Shown here in pieces: positions 25,944 to 35,160 of a stretch of 64,000 nt of DNA; positions within the stretch are counted from its first letter, which is position 1, and each line of letters begins with the position of its first letter. The stretch lies in the NCBI GenBank assembly GCA_045863295.1, contig BTWA01000017.1:55753-119752 (forward strand), written 5' to 3'. The position numbers and the translations under genes are program-made. Below the pieces are notes generated by a model. That model did not search any database and was not told the DNA's origin. It worked only from the letters and a program-made list of their open reading frames with translations. The DNA is from Candidatus Hydrogenedentota bacterium. Lineage in GTDB: Bacteria; Hydrogenedentota; Hydrogenedentia; Hydrogenedentales; SLHB01.

Positions 25944-28193
25944 CTACTTGATCGGCAGTTGTGGCCGTTGCGGGCCCTCGTAGGGTTTCGCACCCAATTG
26001 CAGGCCGCGTTCGGGGACGGAGATGAGGTCCGGGTCCGTTGTGGCCGGGGCTTCGATTAGCCCGTAATAGCGGCCCATCCAATACACTTCCAACCAGCCC
26101 GAGGGATCGGTGACGCCCAATGCACGGCCTGGCGAATCGGGCACGGTCCAATCGCGGTTGTGGCGCTTGGGTCCGACTTCGCGCGGGCTGAACGGGCGGA
26201 TGCGTTCGGCATAACTGCGGTAGCCGTCGGGGGTGCGGATGTCGTCCCGGTGGGAATTGAACTGTGGATGGCTGACAAGATCGAGCGGCCATTCGCGCAG
26301 GTGTTTCACGCCGTGCGCCGTTTCGCCCTCGTTACCCGTGACGGCGGAGTAGATGAAACTGTACCACGGCGCGCTGTCCATGCGCTTCACTTCGAAGCTA
26401 CGCTCAATACTGCGCAACCACAACGATTTCAGATCAGGATCGGTTTCGTAGCGAATGAGCGGGTAATACACGAGGAACGCGAGGCGATCGTCGAAATCGG
26501 TGTAGTAACCGGGATGAAATGTGAGCTTCTGACGGACGACTTCGTTCTGCCGGCCGAGTTTCAGCAATTCGTCCTTGCCGCCCTTGAATCGGTCTTCTTT
26601 TGTGAAGTGATACGCGGTGGTCATGTAGCTCAAGGCTTCCATGCCGTTCAGCCCGCGGGCGTACATACCGTAGGGCGAATCCAAGTAGGCTGGATCCCAC
26701 CGTGCCCAGCGTGTGGGCTGGCCGTCGGTATCGCGCAGCACGAAGCCGTTGTCCACGATGTGTCCAAATACCCGCGAGATATGCTGGATGGCCATATCCC
26801 GCTCAGGGCCTTCGGCAACCAGTTCGAGAAAGAGCGACACGGCGTAGAGGTGCGCATCGGTTTCGTCACTTGACGTGTCACCTTTCCATTCAAACAGGCC
26901 GTCCGGCGTGGGGTTCCATTCCGCGGGCAGGCCGCCGGACCCTTCCATCGCCTTCGTTGCATTATCTCCTACCACCCAGATGCAGCGTGCCGGAAAGCCT
27001 GGAACGGAGGTGATTTCCTCGCTCCACTTCACGGTCGTCATCACGTTCACGGCTTCCGCGCGCGCGGCGGGGTCTTTGGTCACCGCGTACTCGAAACATT
27101 TCGCGGCGAGGTAGTGGCAAGTGAAGCCCACGTCGTTGTCGCCAATGCTGCGCAGCCATTCACCGTCGCGGTAGTTCAGGGAATGCGTGAAACCCAGGCG
27201 GCGCATGCCCCATTCGTTCAAGAACCGCTCGTAGTACGCCGCCTTCTTGCGCAACGTATAAGGCTCAAAGCCCACGATACCGAGACCGCCATCGGTCGCA
27301 ATGTAAGCCACCTTCTCTCCGACAGCAATCGCGTTCACTTTGTCGTTGGGAATCCAGCGCTCGTAGCCATAGTATTGATACTCTCCATCGACATTTCGAA
27401 TGGCCCCGCGCATCGTTCCAATCCAGATATCGTCCGCGAAACCGTGGGTGAGCGAGTTGGTGTCTTCGTAACAAAGGCCATCTTCGCCTCTGATGTTGTA
27501 CCACGTCATGCCGCGCAGTTCGGAGAGGCCCTCATCGGTGGCGACCAGGAGGCGGCCGCCATCGGTAAGGATGTCGCGCGTGGTCGCGCCCATAGGGATA
27601 TCGCCCCAATCGGCAACGTCGTCGTATTCGAATTGATCTTTCACGACGAGACCGATCCGTTTTTCATGCCGCACATAGATGGTGCCGCTGTACGAAGCAA
27701 CGCCTAGCACGGGATCGCGCCCGCCCTCGACGACAGCCGTCAGATCTTCTCCGTCCACCCTATACACGCCATTGCCCGAAGCCACGACGATCCCGCCGAG
27801 GTGTTCGGCCATGTCCGAAATCGGTAGTTTGCCGATTCGTTTCCAGTTTTGGCCGTCGAATGTTTGCAGACCCTCGGCTGTCGCAGCGTAGAGTACTCCG
27901 CCGAGGACCTTAAGTTTCGACACGCCGCCCTTGATGCCTTCGGCTTGCTTCAGTTCGCTGCCTTCCAGACGGTTCACACCTTTGTCATCACCGGTATAGA
28001 GCACGCCCTGAAACACGGCGGCTGCCACGATGGGCTTCTCCGTGCGCACAATCGTGCTTGTGTCCTGGAGATAGACCTCGTCGGCAACGGATTTCCAGGT
28101 GGGGTTCGCGGGGATGGCCAGTTCGGCGCCCGCGGGCAGGAGCGCAAAGGCCATCCATGCAATGGTCACTACTGCGGATTGAAATGATTTCAT
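25944..28193 (-). CDS. Exported hypothetical protein: N-terminal beta-propeller and C-terminal helical (alpha/alpha toroid-like) domain
   Basis: Signal peptide; propeller-like repeats (LYAATAEGL, LLVATDEGL, IWIGTMRG, AYIATDGGL); WKGDTSSDE motif. Confidence 0.7.
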   Translation of the reverse strand: MKSFQSAVVTIAWMAFALLPAGAELAIPANPTWKSVADEVYLQDTSTIVRTEKPIVAAAVFQGVLYTGDDKGVNRLEGSELKQAEGIKGGVSKLKVLGGVLYAATAEGLQTFDGQNWKRIGKLPISDMAEHLGGIVVASGNGVYRVDGEDLTAVVEGGRDPVLGVASYSGTIYVRHEKRIGLVVKDQFEYDDVADWGDIPMGATTRDILTDGGRLLVATDEGLSELRGMTWYNIRGEDGLCYEDTNSLTHGFADDIWIGTMRGAIRNVDGEYQYYGYERWIPNDKVNAIAVGEKVAYIATDGGLGIVGFEPYTLRKKAAYYERFLNEWGMRRLGFTHSLNYRDGEWLRSIGDNDVGFTCHYLAAKCFEYAVTKDPAARAEAVNVMTTVKWSEEITSVPGFPARCIWVVGDNATKAMEGSGGLPAEWNPTPDGLFEWKGDTSSDETDAHLYAVSLFLELVAEGPERDMAIQHISRVFGHIVDNGFVLRDTDGQPTRWARWDPAYLDSPYGMYARGLNGMEALSYMTTAYHFTKEDRFKGGKDELLKLGRQNEVVRQKLTFHPGYYTDFDDRLAFLVYYPLIRYETDPDLKSLWLRSIERSFEVKRMDSAPWYSFIYSAVTGNEGETAHGVKHLREWPLDLVSHPQFNSHRDDIRTPDGYRSYAERIRPFSPREVGPKRHNRDWTVPDSPGRALGVTDPSGWLEVYWMGRYYGLIEAPATTDPDLISVPERGLQLGAKPYEGPQRPQLPIK

Positions 28194-28308
28194 GGTGAAT
28201 CGCCTAGGTTAAGGATTTCCCAAAAACAACTAGGGGTACTTTAACGATTGAAACTGAAAAATGGTACTTTGTCCAGGCAGGTCAACAAGAACGCCGCAAA
28301 CAATCGAA

Positions 28309-29634
28309 TTACTCGGGCCGGGGAGGCACAGTGGGAGATTCTTTTCGAAGTCGCATGGCGACGACTGCGGAAACTGCAAAGAGGACCATGTAGTAAACGC
28401 AGAAGGTAAGCTGTTTCCATTCTGAGACGGGCCCGGTTACCAGCAAGGCAAGGGCATTGAGCACCACAAATACCAGCCACATTACTTTCCAGTCGTGCGG
28501 AAATACGTCACCTTCATAGTGGCGGGGCAGCCGTTTGAGATAAATCAAAAGCAAGATGGCTGCAAGCGTTATCAGCATGGCCGGACCGATTATGCGCCAG
28601 AAGAACGCAGACCAATAATCTTCGTTGCCAAGATAGATGTTCGCCCAGCCTTTAAGCCCGTTTCGGATGGAGAGACCCAATCCCAGGAGCAGCCCTAGAT
28701 AGCACCCCAATCGCTCAAGGTTGGGGCGCTGATTCGTCAGTTGCGCGCCCAGTGCCGCGCGGTCATGGTCGTTGAGAGGCCGGTTCACCAAATAATACGC
28801 CACACCCAATCCGATGCCGATGCTCATGCCGCCAGTCGATTCCCAACAACGCCACCAGTTGAAGGCCCCGCCCCACCACCGTTCGGCCCACGTCCAATTC
28901 TGCAGCAGGGACCAGCCGATCCCGTTTAACAGGCCGACCGTGGCAATCAGCACCACATTTCTCCAGTCGCGGCGGCAGACTTCGAACAGAAGAAATCCCA
29001 GATACATCCCAAGATGACAGATGGCCGCGCGGTTGTCGTTCACGAGCCGGCGCAGACTGGGGTTCGCCTGAAAATCCTTGTACTGGTCTTCAATGACACT
29101 GTAAAGCGGGAGAAAGTACTGGGGATAATGCCGGAAAAGTTGCAGCGCGATGTAGTACCCGCCGACGCCGAATGCGATGCGGAGTGGCCACTGCCACCAC
29201 CGCGCATGCCGCGATCCGCACCATGCCAACAAGCACGCCCCGAGTCCGCCCCACGGAACGCCGGAAATGAATTGCCAAAGAAATCCGTAGGCGGGCGATA
29301 TGGGCGTAAACTCTCCAGCCGCATAGTTCGTGCTGAGGCGTCCATCGAAGAAGTGAGTCCATTGCGCCCAGCCGCGTCCGCCGGCAAACCCCACGCCGAT
29401 AGTCATCGCCAGAACAATCCACCCGGAAGTGTAAGGCCGGGATTGCGTGCCACGCGGTTCTCGCGAAATAAACCACCACGCCGTGCCCCACATGACGCCG
29501 GCGAAGATGCAGCCCTGTGTGCCGCCGTATCCCGAACTGCCTCGGACGGCCCACGTCATGCCGCCAAGAGCGGCAAAGAGAACGATGGGCAGGACCAGAT
29601 CGCGTGCGAGATTTCCCGGAGTCGCGTTACGCAT
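28309..29634 (-). CDS. Hypothetical polytopic membrane protein
   Basis: 441 aa with roughly 12 hydrophobic segments; W.VRG...GG..G and FNWWRCWE motifs. Confidence 0.75.
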   Translation of the reverse strand: MRNATPGNLARDLVLPIVLFAALGGMTWAVRGSSGYGGTQGCIFAGVMWGTAWWFISREPRGTQSRPYTSGWIVLAMTIGVGFAGGRGWAQWTHFFDGRLSTNYAAGEFTPISPAYGFLWQFISGVPWGGLGACLLAWCGSRHARWWQWPLRIAFGVGGYYIALQLFRHYPQYFLPLYSVIEDQYKDFQANPSLRRLVNDNRAAICHLGMYLGFLLFEVCRRDWRNVVLIATVGLLNGIGWSLLQNWTWAERWWGGAFNWWRCWESTGGMSIGIGLGVAYYLVNRPLNDHDRAALGAQLTNQRPNLERLGCYLGLLLGLGLSIRNGLKGWANIYLGNEDYWSAFFWRIIGPAMLITLAAILLLIYLKRLPRHYEGDVFPHDWKVMWLVFVVLNALALLVTGPVSEWKQLTFCVYYMVLFAVSAVVAMRLRKESPTVPPRPE

Positions 29635-29691
29635 CCGGACACAGTAGTGTCTTCAGACGGCAATCTTCAACCGTGATTTCACGTGCCGCAA

Positions 29692-30450
29692 TCATTCGGA
29701 TGGGTATACGATGCGGAATAGCGGCAGCATGGATCCCACAACCATAAACAATAGCCACAGAATTCCGCCGCCCAACACCACACGCTCAAAGCCTGTTCTA
29801 AATCGAGCGTTGCAGGCGTTGGCGTAGATCGTTCGCAGGAGAATGGAAACAATTGCCACGATTGCCAAGCTGAACGGCAGCGCTTCCTTTTCAATGGCGT
29901 AACTTCGATAGGTATGCAAGCAGTCAACGGCTCGACCGGAAACGGTCCCTTGGAATTCCGAGGACCAGACGGTGAACTTCGCATCTTCATATATGTTCAA
30001 CAAAAGGGGGAGTGCCAGTATGCTGAACAATACCGGAATCGCGAACAGCACGGCGATCAAGACGGCCGTAAATGCATTGACATGGCCGCTCGATCGAAAG
30101 GCCTTTCCTTGCTCCGGATTGTCCCACGGAAGCAGTATCGCGGCCAGGATATACAGAAGCCCTGTAAACGCGCCCAGCATGGGGAGAGTCAGCAATAGAA
30201 AAATGCGGATCACATTCGGATCCACTCCGAAATACGATGCAAAGCCCGCGCAGACTCCGAATATGCGCCCTTGATCCAGGCTTTTCGCCAATTTCTTTGA
30301 TGTGGCCGCTTCAACAGGCAATCTCGCGGCGCCGGGTTTATCGCCGCCGCGCATGGCGCTCCAGAGCGTATGGTAGTCATCTTCCGTGATACTCCCGTCG
30401 CTCAGCATTTGATTCAGCTTGTCGATGGACGTCGATTCAGACTGGCTCAT
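29692..30450 (-). CDS. PspC-domain membrane protein with N-terminal SHOCT-like helix pair
   Basis: LNQMLSDGSITEDDY (SHOCT-like); LAKS...IFGVCAGFASYFGVDPNVIR...LYILAAILLP (PspC); additional TM helices. Confidence 0.8.
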   Translation of the reverse strand: MSQSESTSIDKLNQMLSDGSITEDDYHTLWSAMRGGDKPGAARLPVEAATSKKLAKSLDQGRIFGVCAGFASYFGVDPNVIRIFLLLTLPMLGAFTGLLYILAAILLPWDNPEQGKAFRSSGHVNAFTAVLIAVLFAIPVLFSILALPLLLNIYEDAKFTVWSSEFQGTVSGRAVDCLHTYRSYAIEKEALPFSLAIVAIVSILLRTIYANACNARFRTGFERVVLGGGILWLLFMVVGSMLPLFRIVYPSE

Positions 30451-30455
30451 GGCGC

Positions 30456-30848
30456 TTACCCTTTCTTCGGGTCCAAATGGGAGTGGGATACATTCTCAAG
30501 TTGGCGGGCCGCGTCGTCCAGGCTCATTTCGCCGCGCTGCAAGCGATCCAGTACAGCCTTGCGCTCCTGTTCTTTGCGATGCAGAAGGCCATAGGCCTCG
30601 ATAATGCGATCAAGCCGGCTGCGGATTGCCGTGTAGCCCAGACCGGATTCTTCGGCCAACGCCTTGATGCTGAATTGGGCCAGGAGGTATTTCTCCAGAA
30701 AATGCAGATCGTCGGCCGCCAATCGCTGAAACTGGGTCTCCCGGAATTGACCTCGAACCTCGACATGGCACTGGTCGCATTCCATGACGATGGTTCGCAT
30801 CGCGGCACCGCAATAAGGGCAATCCGACTTGGGCAGCAAGTAGTTCAT
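30456..30848 (-). CDS. DUF2089 family protein (Zn-ribbon + HTH + SHOCT-like tail)
   Basis: CPYCG...CDQC..EVRGQF; SIKALAEESGLGYTAIRSRLDRII; VLDRLQRGEMSLDDAARQL. Confidence 0.88.
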   Translation of the reverse strand: MNYLLPKSDCPYCGAAMRTIVMECDQCHVEVRGQFRETQFQRLAADDLHFLEKYLLAQFSIKALAEESGLGYTAIRSRLDRIIEAYGLLHRKEQERKAVLDRLQRGEMSLDDAARQLENVSHSHLDPKKG

Positions 30849-30854
30849 GACTCA

Positions 30855-30928
30855 ATTCTACGGGCAGATTCCCGCTCATGTCAATAAAATTTTGATTCAA
30901 TGGTCTTTGAAGCAATTAAAATTTGATT
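30855..30928 (-). promoter_or_regulatory. Sigma70 promoter of the DUF2089-pspC pair with two upstream AT-rich repeats
   Basis: TTGACA (30884-30879), N18, TAGAAT (30860-30855); repeats CAATAAAATTTTGATT (30882-30897) and CAATTAAAATTTGATT (30913-30928). Confidence 0.65.
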
Positions 30929-31524
30929 ATTATAGCAAGTTACAATAAAAAATTAACCTCCTGGGTTTGCTGCCGCCGGCTTTGGGTCGCTGTTGTACAA
31001 GCGAACGGTGGGACTGAATTCTTGCTGGAGTGGCAACGATATTAGGCCGCACAGGATGGACTCATGACCCCAAACCATACGCCTGGCTGAACGCGAATCG
31101 TGCAAAACGGTGGAACTCCAGGGCTTGGTTTACTACGGCGAAGAATCCCAACCTACTGTGTAAAATATGGCAGCCAAGCCACTTACAGCGGTCAAGAAAG
31201 TCCGTGCAGTAGTCAAAGCGTTGCCAAAACCGAGTTTGTGGCGTAGAATTAAATCGATGGCACTGCGTCGAAGCGCCGGTGACAGTCGTGAGTTAGGCGC
31301 AGCAATCGACGCGTTGTTCGAGGGGGAGTGTCTGCTTCGCACCTAGTTGCAGTCACGTGTACGCGAAGTCTGAAGAGGGGAAGCAATGTCCGGGCACGTC
31401 AGGCTATCCTGTGCCTTGTGTTGTCATCGGGCCGTCGAGTGTCGCTGAATTTTGGGCCTAACCAGACCGGGGTGACGTAACGTTTGGGTCCGGAGTCGCG
31501 CGCATTCGGAAAGACGTTCATTCC

Positions 31525-33534
31525 ATGCCACTCACATGTGAAGTGTCCGCCAAACAATATACCGTGGTGGCCTTTAGAGAAGGCGAAGCCGATCGCTGGG
31601 TTGTCCTCAACGGGTCCCGCTGCACCATCGGACGTTCCAAGCAATGCACGCTTTGCATTCCCGATCCCACCGTATCCAGAGAGCATGCAATCATCTCTAT
31701 ACGAAACGGGGGTTTCCTGCACATTGAGGATTGCGGGTCAACCAATGGCGTGTTCGTGAATGGCGAGCAGGTGGCCAGTAGCGTGATTCGCGCGGGCGAC
31801 TTCATTACGGTGGGCGTGTATACCATCGTAGTGCGCGTGATTGAATCCGACGAAGAATCTGCTGGCAGCACGGAGAGTACGCACCCGCCCGAAACCCTGG
31901 TTCAAAAAGCCGATTCTTCACATCGATTGCGCGACGCGTTTGAGATCAAACATTCCGCCGAGCATTACCGAGCGTTATATCAAGTGTCGCTCCTGATGGG
32001 CGAACGGGCGGACATCCGCACGCTGGTCCGTCAAGCATTGGCGGTCATTTTGAAGGCACTACCCGCAAAGCGCGCCGCAGTGATCGCACGCTTTGTCGGC
32101 AACAAGGACAATAACCTTAGTGAGTTGGTATGTCTGGATCCGGAGAACCCTAGTCCTCCAATCAGTGAGGCCTTGATTGAATTTGCCATGCGACGAAGTT
32201 CTGGTGTGCTCATGTCTGATTTTGGACACGACCGCAGGACGACGGCGGACATCAACGAATTAACCGGGGCGCGCGGTCCGTTTATCTGCGTGCCCTTGGG
32301 CGGATCCAAGAAACAGTTTGGGATTCTCTATGTGGACGGATGCTTGGAGGGGTATCCCTTTACCAAGCAGGAACTGCAGTTTCTGACTGCGTCCGGGCAC
32401 GTTCTGGCCATGTCCATAGAAAACAAAGACTTGGTGGACCGCGTAGTCCGACAGGAGCGCATGGCAGCGCTTGGACACGGGATTGCGGGGATTTCACATG
32501 ATGTCCGCAATGTGTTGACTGGTATAAAAGTGGGTGTCGACATGATTTCGTCGGAAGACAACGGATCCAAACCAGTTGTATCCGATCGGGCTGTTCGCCT
32601 GATTCGAAGGTCCACTGACCAAGTTGAAGCGTACCTGTCGGAATTGTTGGATTATGTGCGACGGAATCATATTGTGAGAAAGCCCACGTATGTGAATGGG
32701 CTGATTCGTGATGCACTCGATTTGGTTCAGCCCCGTGCCAATCAGCACGGCGTTCAGTTGACGTTTTCAGGCGGAGGGTATGAACCGGCCAATATCGACG
32801 GTACCCAGATGGCGCGCGTCATCAACAATTTGCTGAGGAATGGGGTGGATGCCTGCGCAACCAATCAGGGCGCCGTTACCGTTGCGGTGTGGTCGCGATC
32901 CACGACTCTTTACATTCAAATCGCCGATACCGGCGCGGGGATTTCCAAACAGGACATTGACCGCCTGTCAGAACCGTTCTTTACCAAGAAGGGATCGGCT
33001 GGAACCGGTCTCGGGCTTTCCATTAGTTATCGCATAGTTGAGCAACACGGAGGGAATATCCACGTTGACAGCGAGTTGGGCAGAGGTACGACGTTTACAA
33101 TAGTGTTGCCCGATTCCCTGGACGCGCATATCGATTTCATACCTCCACAGCAGTCCTACGCGGAAGAGGGGTGCGCGTACAAGAAATGCCCGTATTGCGG
33201 CCATACGTGGCTTTCGCAAGACGAATTACTGCGCGATCCCGCGTGCGCGCTTGCGGGCTACAGGGCGCATTTTGAGAATTTGCCGTCCGGGCTGCTGTTG
33301 TTCAACCACGTATGCGGCACAACGCTGGCCTTTCCGGCTCAGGATTTTCTTCACCTGTACAACGGACCCGTCCACTCGGAAGCGTTAACAGGACAGCCTG
33401 AATGCCCGGGGCATTGCCTTCGGCAGGACTGTCTGGAAAACTGTGCGAACGAGTGCGCTTGTGCACACATTCGTTCGCTGCTGCAAACCTTGCTGCGCTG
33501 GCCCAAGAATGCCGAACCGGACCAACACGGCTAG
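31525..33534 (+). CDS. FHA-GAF-histidine kinase with C-terminal Cys-rich domain (paralogue 1)
   Basis: FHA IGRS...VSREHA...GSTNGVFVNG; GAF ICVPL...GILYVD; H-box SHDVRN; N/G1/F/G2 boxes; CPYC...HVC...CPGHC...CANECAC tail. Confidence 0.9.
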   Translation: MPLTCEVSAKQYTVVAFREGEADRWVVLNGSRCTIGRSKQCTLCIPDPTVSREHAIISIRNGGFLHIEDCGSTNGVFVNGEQVASSVIRAGDFITVGVYTIVVRVIESDEESAGSTESTHPPETLVQKADSSHRLRDAFEIKHSAEHYRALYQVSLLMGERADIRTLVRQALAVILKALPAKRAAVIARFVGNKDNNLSELVCLDPENPSPPISEALIEFAMRRSSGVLMSDFGHDRRTTADINELTGARGPFICVPLGGSKKQFGILYVDGCLEGYPFTKQELQFLTASGHVLAMSIENKDLVDRVVRQERMAALGHGIAGISHDVRNVLTGIKVGVDMISSEDNGSKPVVSDRAVRLIRRSTDQVEAYLSELLDYVRRNHIVRKPTYVNGLIRDALDLVQPRANQHGVQLTFSGGGYEPANIDGTQMARVINNLLRNGVDACATNQGAVTVAVWSRSTTLYIQIADTGAGISKQDIDRLSEPFFTKKGSAGTGLGLSISYRIVEQHGGNIHVDSELGRGTTFTIVLPDSLDAHIDFIPPQQSYAEEGCAYKKCPYCGHTWLSQDELLRDPACALAGYRAHFENLPSGLLLFNHVCGTTLAFPAQDFLHLYNGPVHSEALTGQPECPGHCLRQDCLENCANECACAHIRSLLQTLLRWPKNAEPDQHG

Positions 33535-33593
33535 GCGAACCCATCCGCATCATTCCCGGAACTTCATCTTTCATGTCGACCCTCCAGGCGCGA

Positions 33594-34589
33594 CTACGGT
33601 TGCTGCTCCACCCAGCGCCATTCCTCCCAGCGCAGAACGGCGCCTGGACGTTCCACCGCCAATTCATACGTGCCGTCACCGTTCACGTCGGTGGGCTTAA
33701 TAGACGCGTACTCACCGGGTTTGATCGAAGTGGTCGCGGTCTTCTCGGAGTCGAAGATCACAGTGGGTTTTCCATCCTTACGGGCCACAACGCAGCCTGC
33801 TTCGCGACCGCTGGCTGCCGTAAACGAAATAAACGCATCGTCCAGTTTATCGCCGTCGAAATCGTGAAATTCGAGCTTGGGAATGGACTTCGCCGATGTC
33901 TCCGGCAATGGCATAACCGTGCCCGTAAATTCGTCATCGTCCGAATGTTGGATGAAGAGGGAAAAGGTGTCCATAAGCTGTAACGGCCCGTCGTTTTGGA
34001 TGCCCAAGAGCAACACGGTGTTCTTCGCGGTGTCGGAATGAACAAATGCCTCTTTTCGTTGAAAGACGAGCGTTTCTTCCGAAAGTTTGTACCGATCCGT
34101 GGGGCTGAACCGTGACTTGGAAACATACATTTCCTTGTAGTCGCCGTAATCCTGCAGGTCGTACCGAACGCCATCGTGGATCCAATTGGCGAAATACACG
34201 GAAGGCGCGCCCTCGTCGCTCTTTCCCTGACGGGGCATCCCCAAATACGTGGAAATTTGATTTATAAGGACATCGCGGTCGGTGCCATCGTGGAAATGAA
34301 TGGTCAATTGCATCACAACCAGCGGATCGCCGAGGGTCAACACATATTCGACTCGCAGAGGCTTTTCCGAACCAAACCATTTTTCTCCGTATTCCAAAGA
34401 GGCGAGAAACTTTCCTTCGGCACTTGAAGCATACTGTTCTTGTCCGCGGCCTTTTTGCTGGACAAGTTCGTCCGCAGACGTTCCGAAGATGGAAAATGGC
34501 GTCATGGGTGCCCAACCCGGATCCACGACCGATTCCGCCAAGACCATGGAGGAGTACAGAAGTATCACAACTGCAGCCGGCATTTTCAC
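33594..34589 (-). CDS. Exported hypothetical protein
   Basis: 331-aa ORF with signal peptide and Dx(D/N)GDG loops (DFDGDKLDD, DVNGDGTYEL). Confidence 0.7.
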   Translation of the reverse strand: MKMPAAVVILLYSSMVLAESVVDPGWAPMTPFSIFGTSADELVQQKGRGQEQYASSAEGKFLASLEYGEKWFGSEKPLRVEYVLTLGDPLVVMQLTIHFHDGTDRDVLINQISTYLGMPRQGKSDEGAPSVYFANWIHDGVRYDLQDYGDYKEMYVSKSRFSPTDRYKLSEETLVFQRKEAFVHSDTAKNTVLLLGIQNDGPLQLMDTFSLFIQHSDDDEFTGTVMPLPETSAKSIPKLEFHDFDGDKLDDAFISFTAASGREAGCVVARKDGKPTVIFDSEKTATTSIKPGEYASIKPTDVNGDGTYELAVERPGAVLRWEEWRWVEQQP

Positions 34590-35160
34590 GATGAGTATCC
34601 CTTAGAGGTTAGGTATGGCCGAGATCTGTTTCTGAAGATAGTATCCGATCATTCCCACCCACCGCACTCAAGGCTTTTCCAGATTCAAATTGGGCGTATT
34701 CGGGCCGCCATTTGTCAATCAATATCTTGTGTGTTGAATACCAATCTACCCAATATATCTGGATTTGCTCATAGACATGATCTGAATAAAAGTGATTTCC
34801 GGGTTTTGCCGGAGATGCCATCTCGATAATCTTGACACCATTTGGCATTTTTTGCGAATTCACGATATAACTACTGTGCAGGTTTTTGGCTTCCGTTCAA
34901 AGCGGTGCCAGACGGGGTCCAAATTCGACACAGCCGGTGTACGAGACGATTTCTTCGGTCCACTCGCTTTAAGAGGCGCGCTCTGGCCGATTCTTCAGGA
35001 ATCGCGGTTGTACACACGGTGGAGATGCAGGCGTGCGCACAGAAATACGTTGCCGCTGCCGATTGAGAAGCCTCCCGGGCTTTCTGCGCTCTCCAGGTGT
35101 GGCTCGCCAATCCTTCCATTCGCGATTTTGGGTCTGTCAACCCGGAGCAGCGGTGAAGTC

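Noticed and set aside
31167..31346. 59-aa ORF MAAKPLTAVKKVRAVVKALPKP... upstream of kinase 1
   Set aside because: No RBS and no recognisable motif; cannot be supported without homology data
34843..34855. Possible sigma54 promoter TGGCATTTTTTGC
   Set aside because: GG-to-GC spacing is 2 nt too short for a -24/-12 element
34609..34863. 84-aa minus-strand ORF in the AT-rich spacer
   Set aside because: No recognisable domain and overlaps promoter-like hexamers; likely non-coding
34792..35160. 123-aa N-terminal extension of kinase 2 in the ORF track
   Set aside because: Alignment with paralogue 1 places the start at ATG 35161; the extension does not look like real protein
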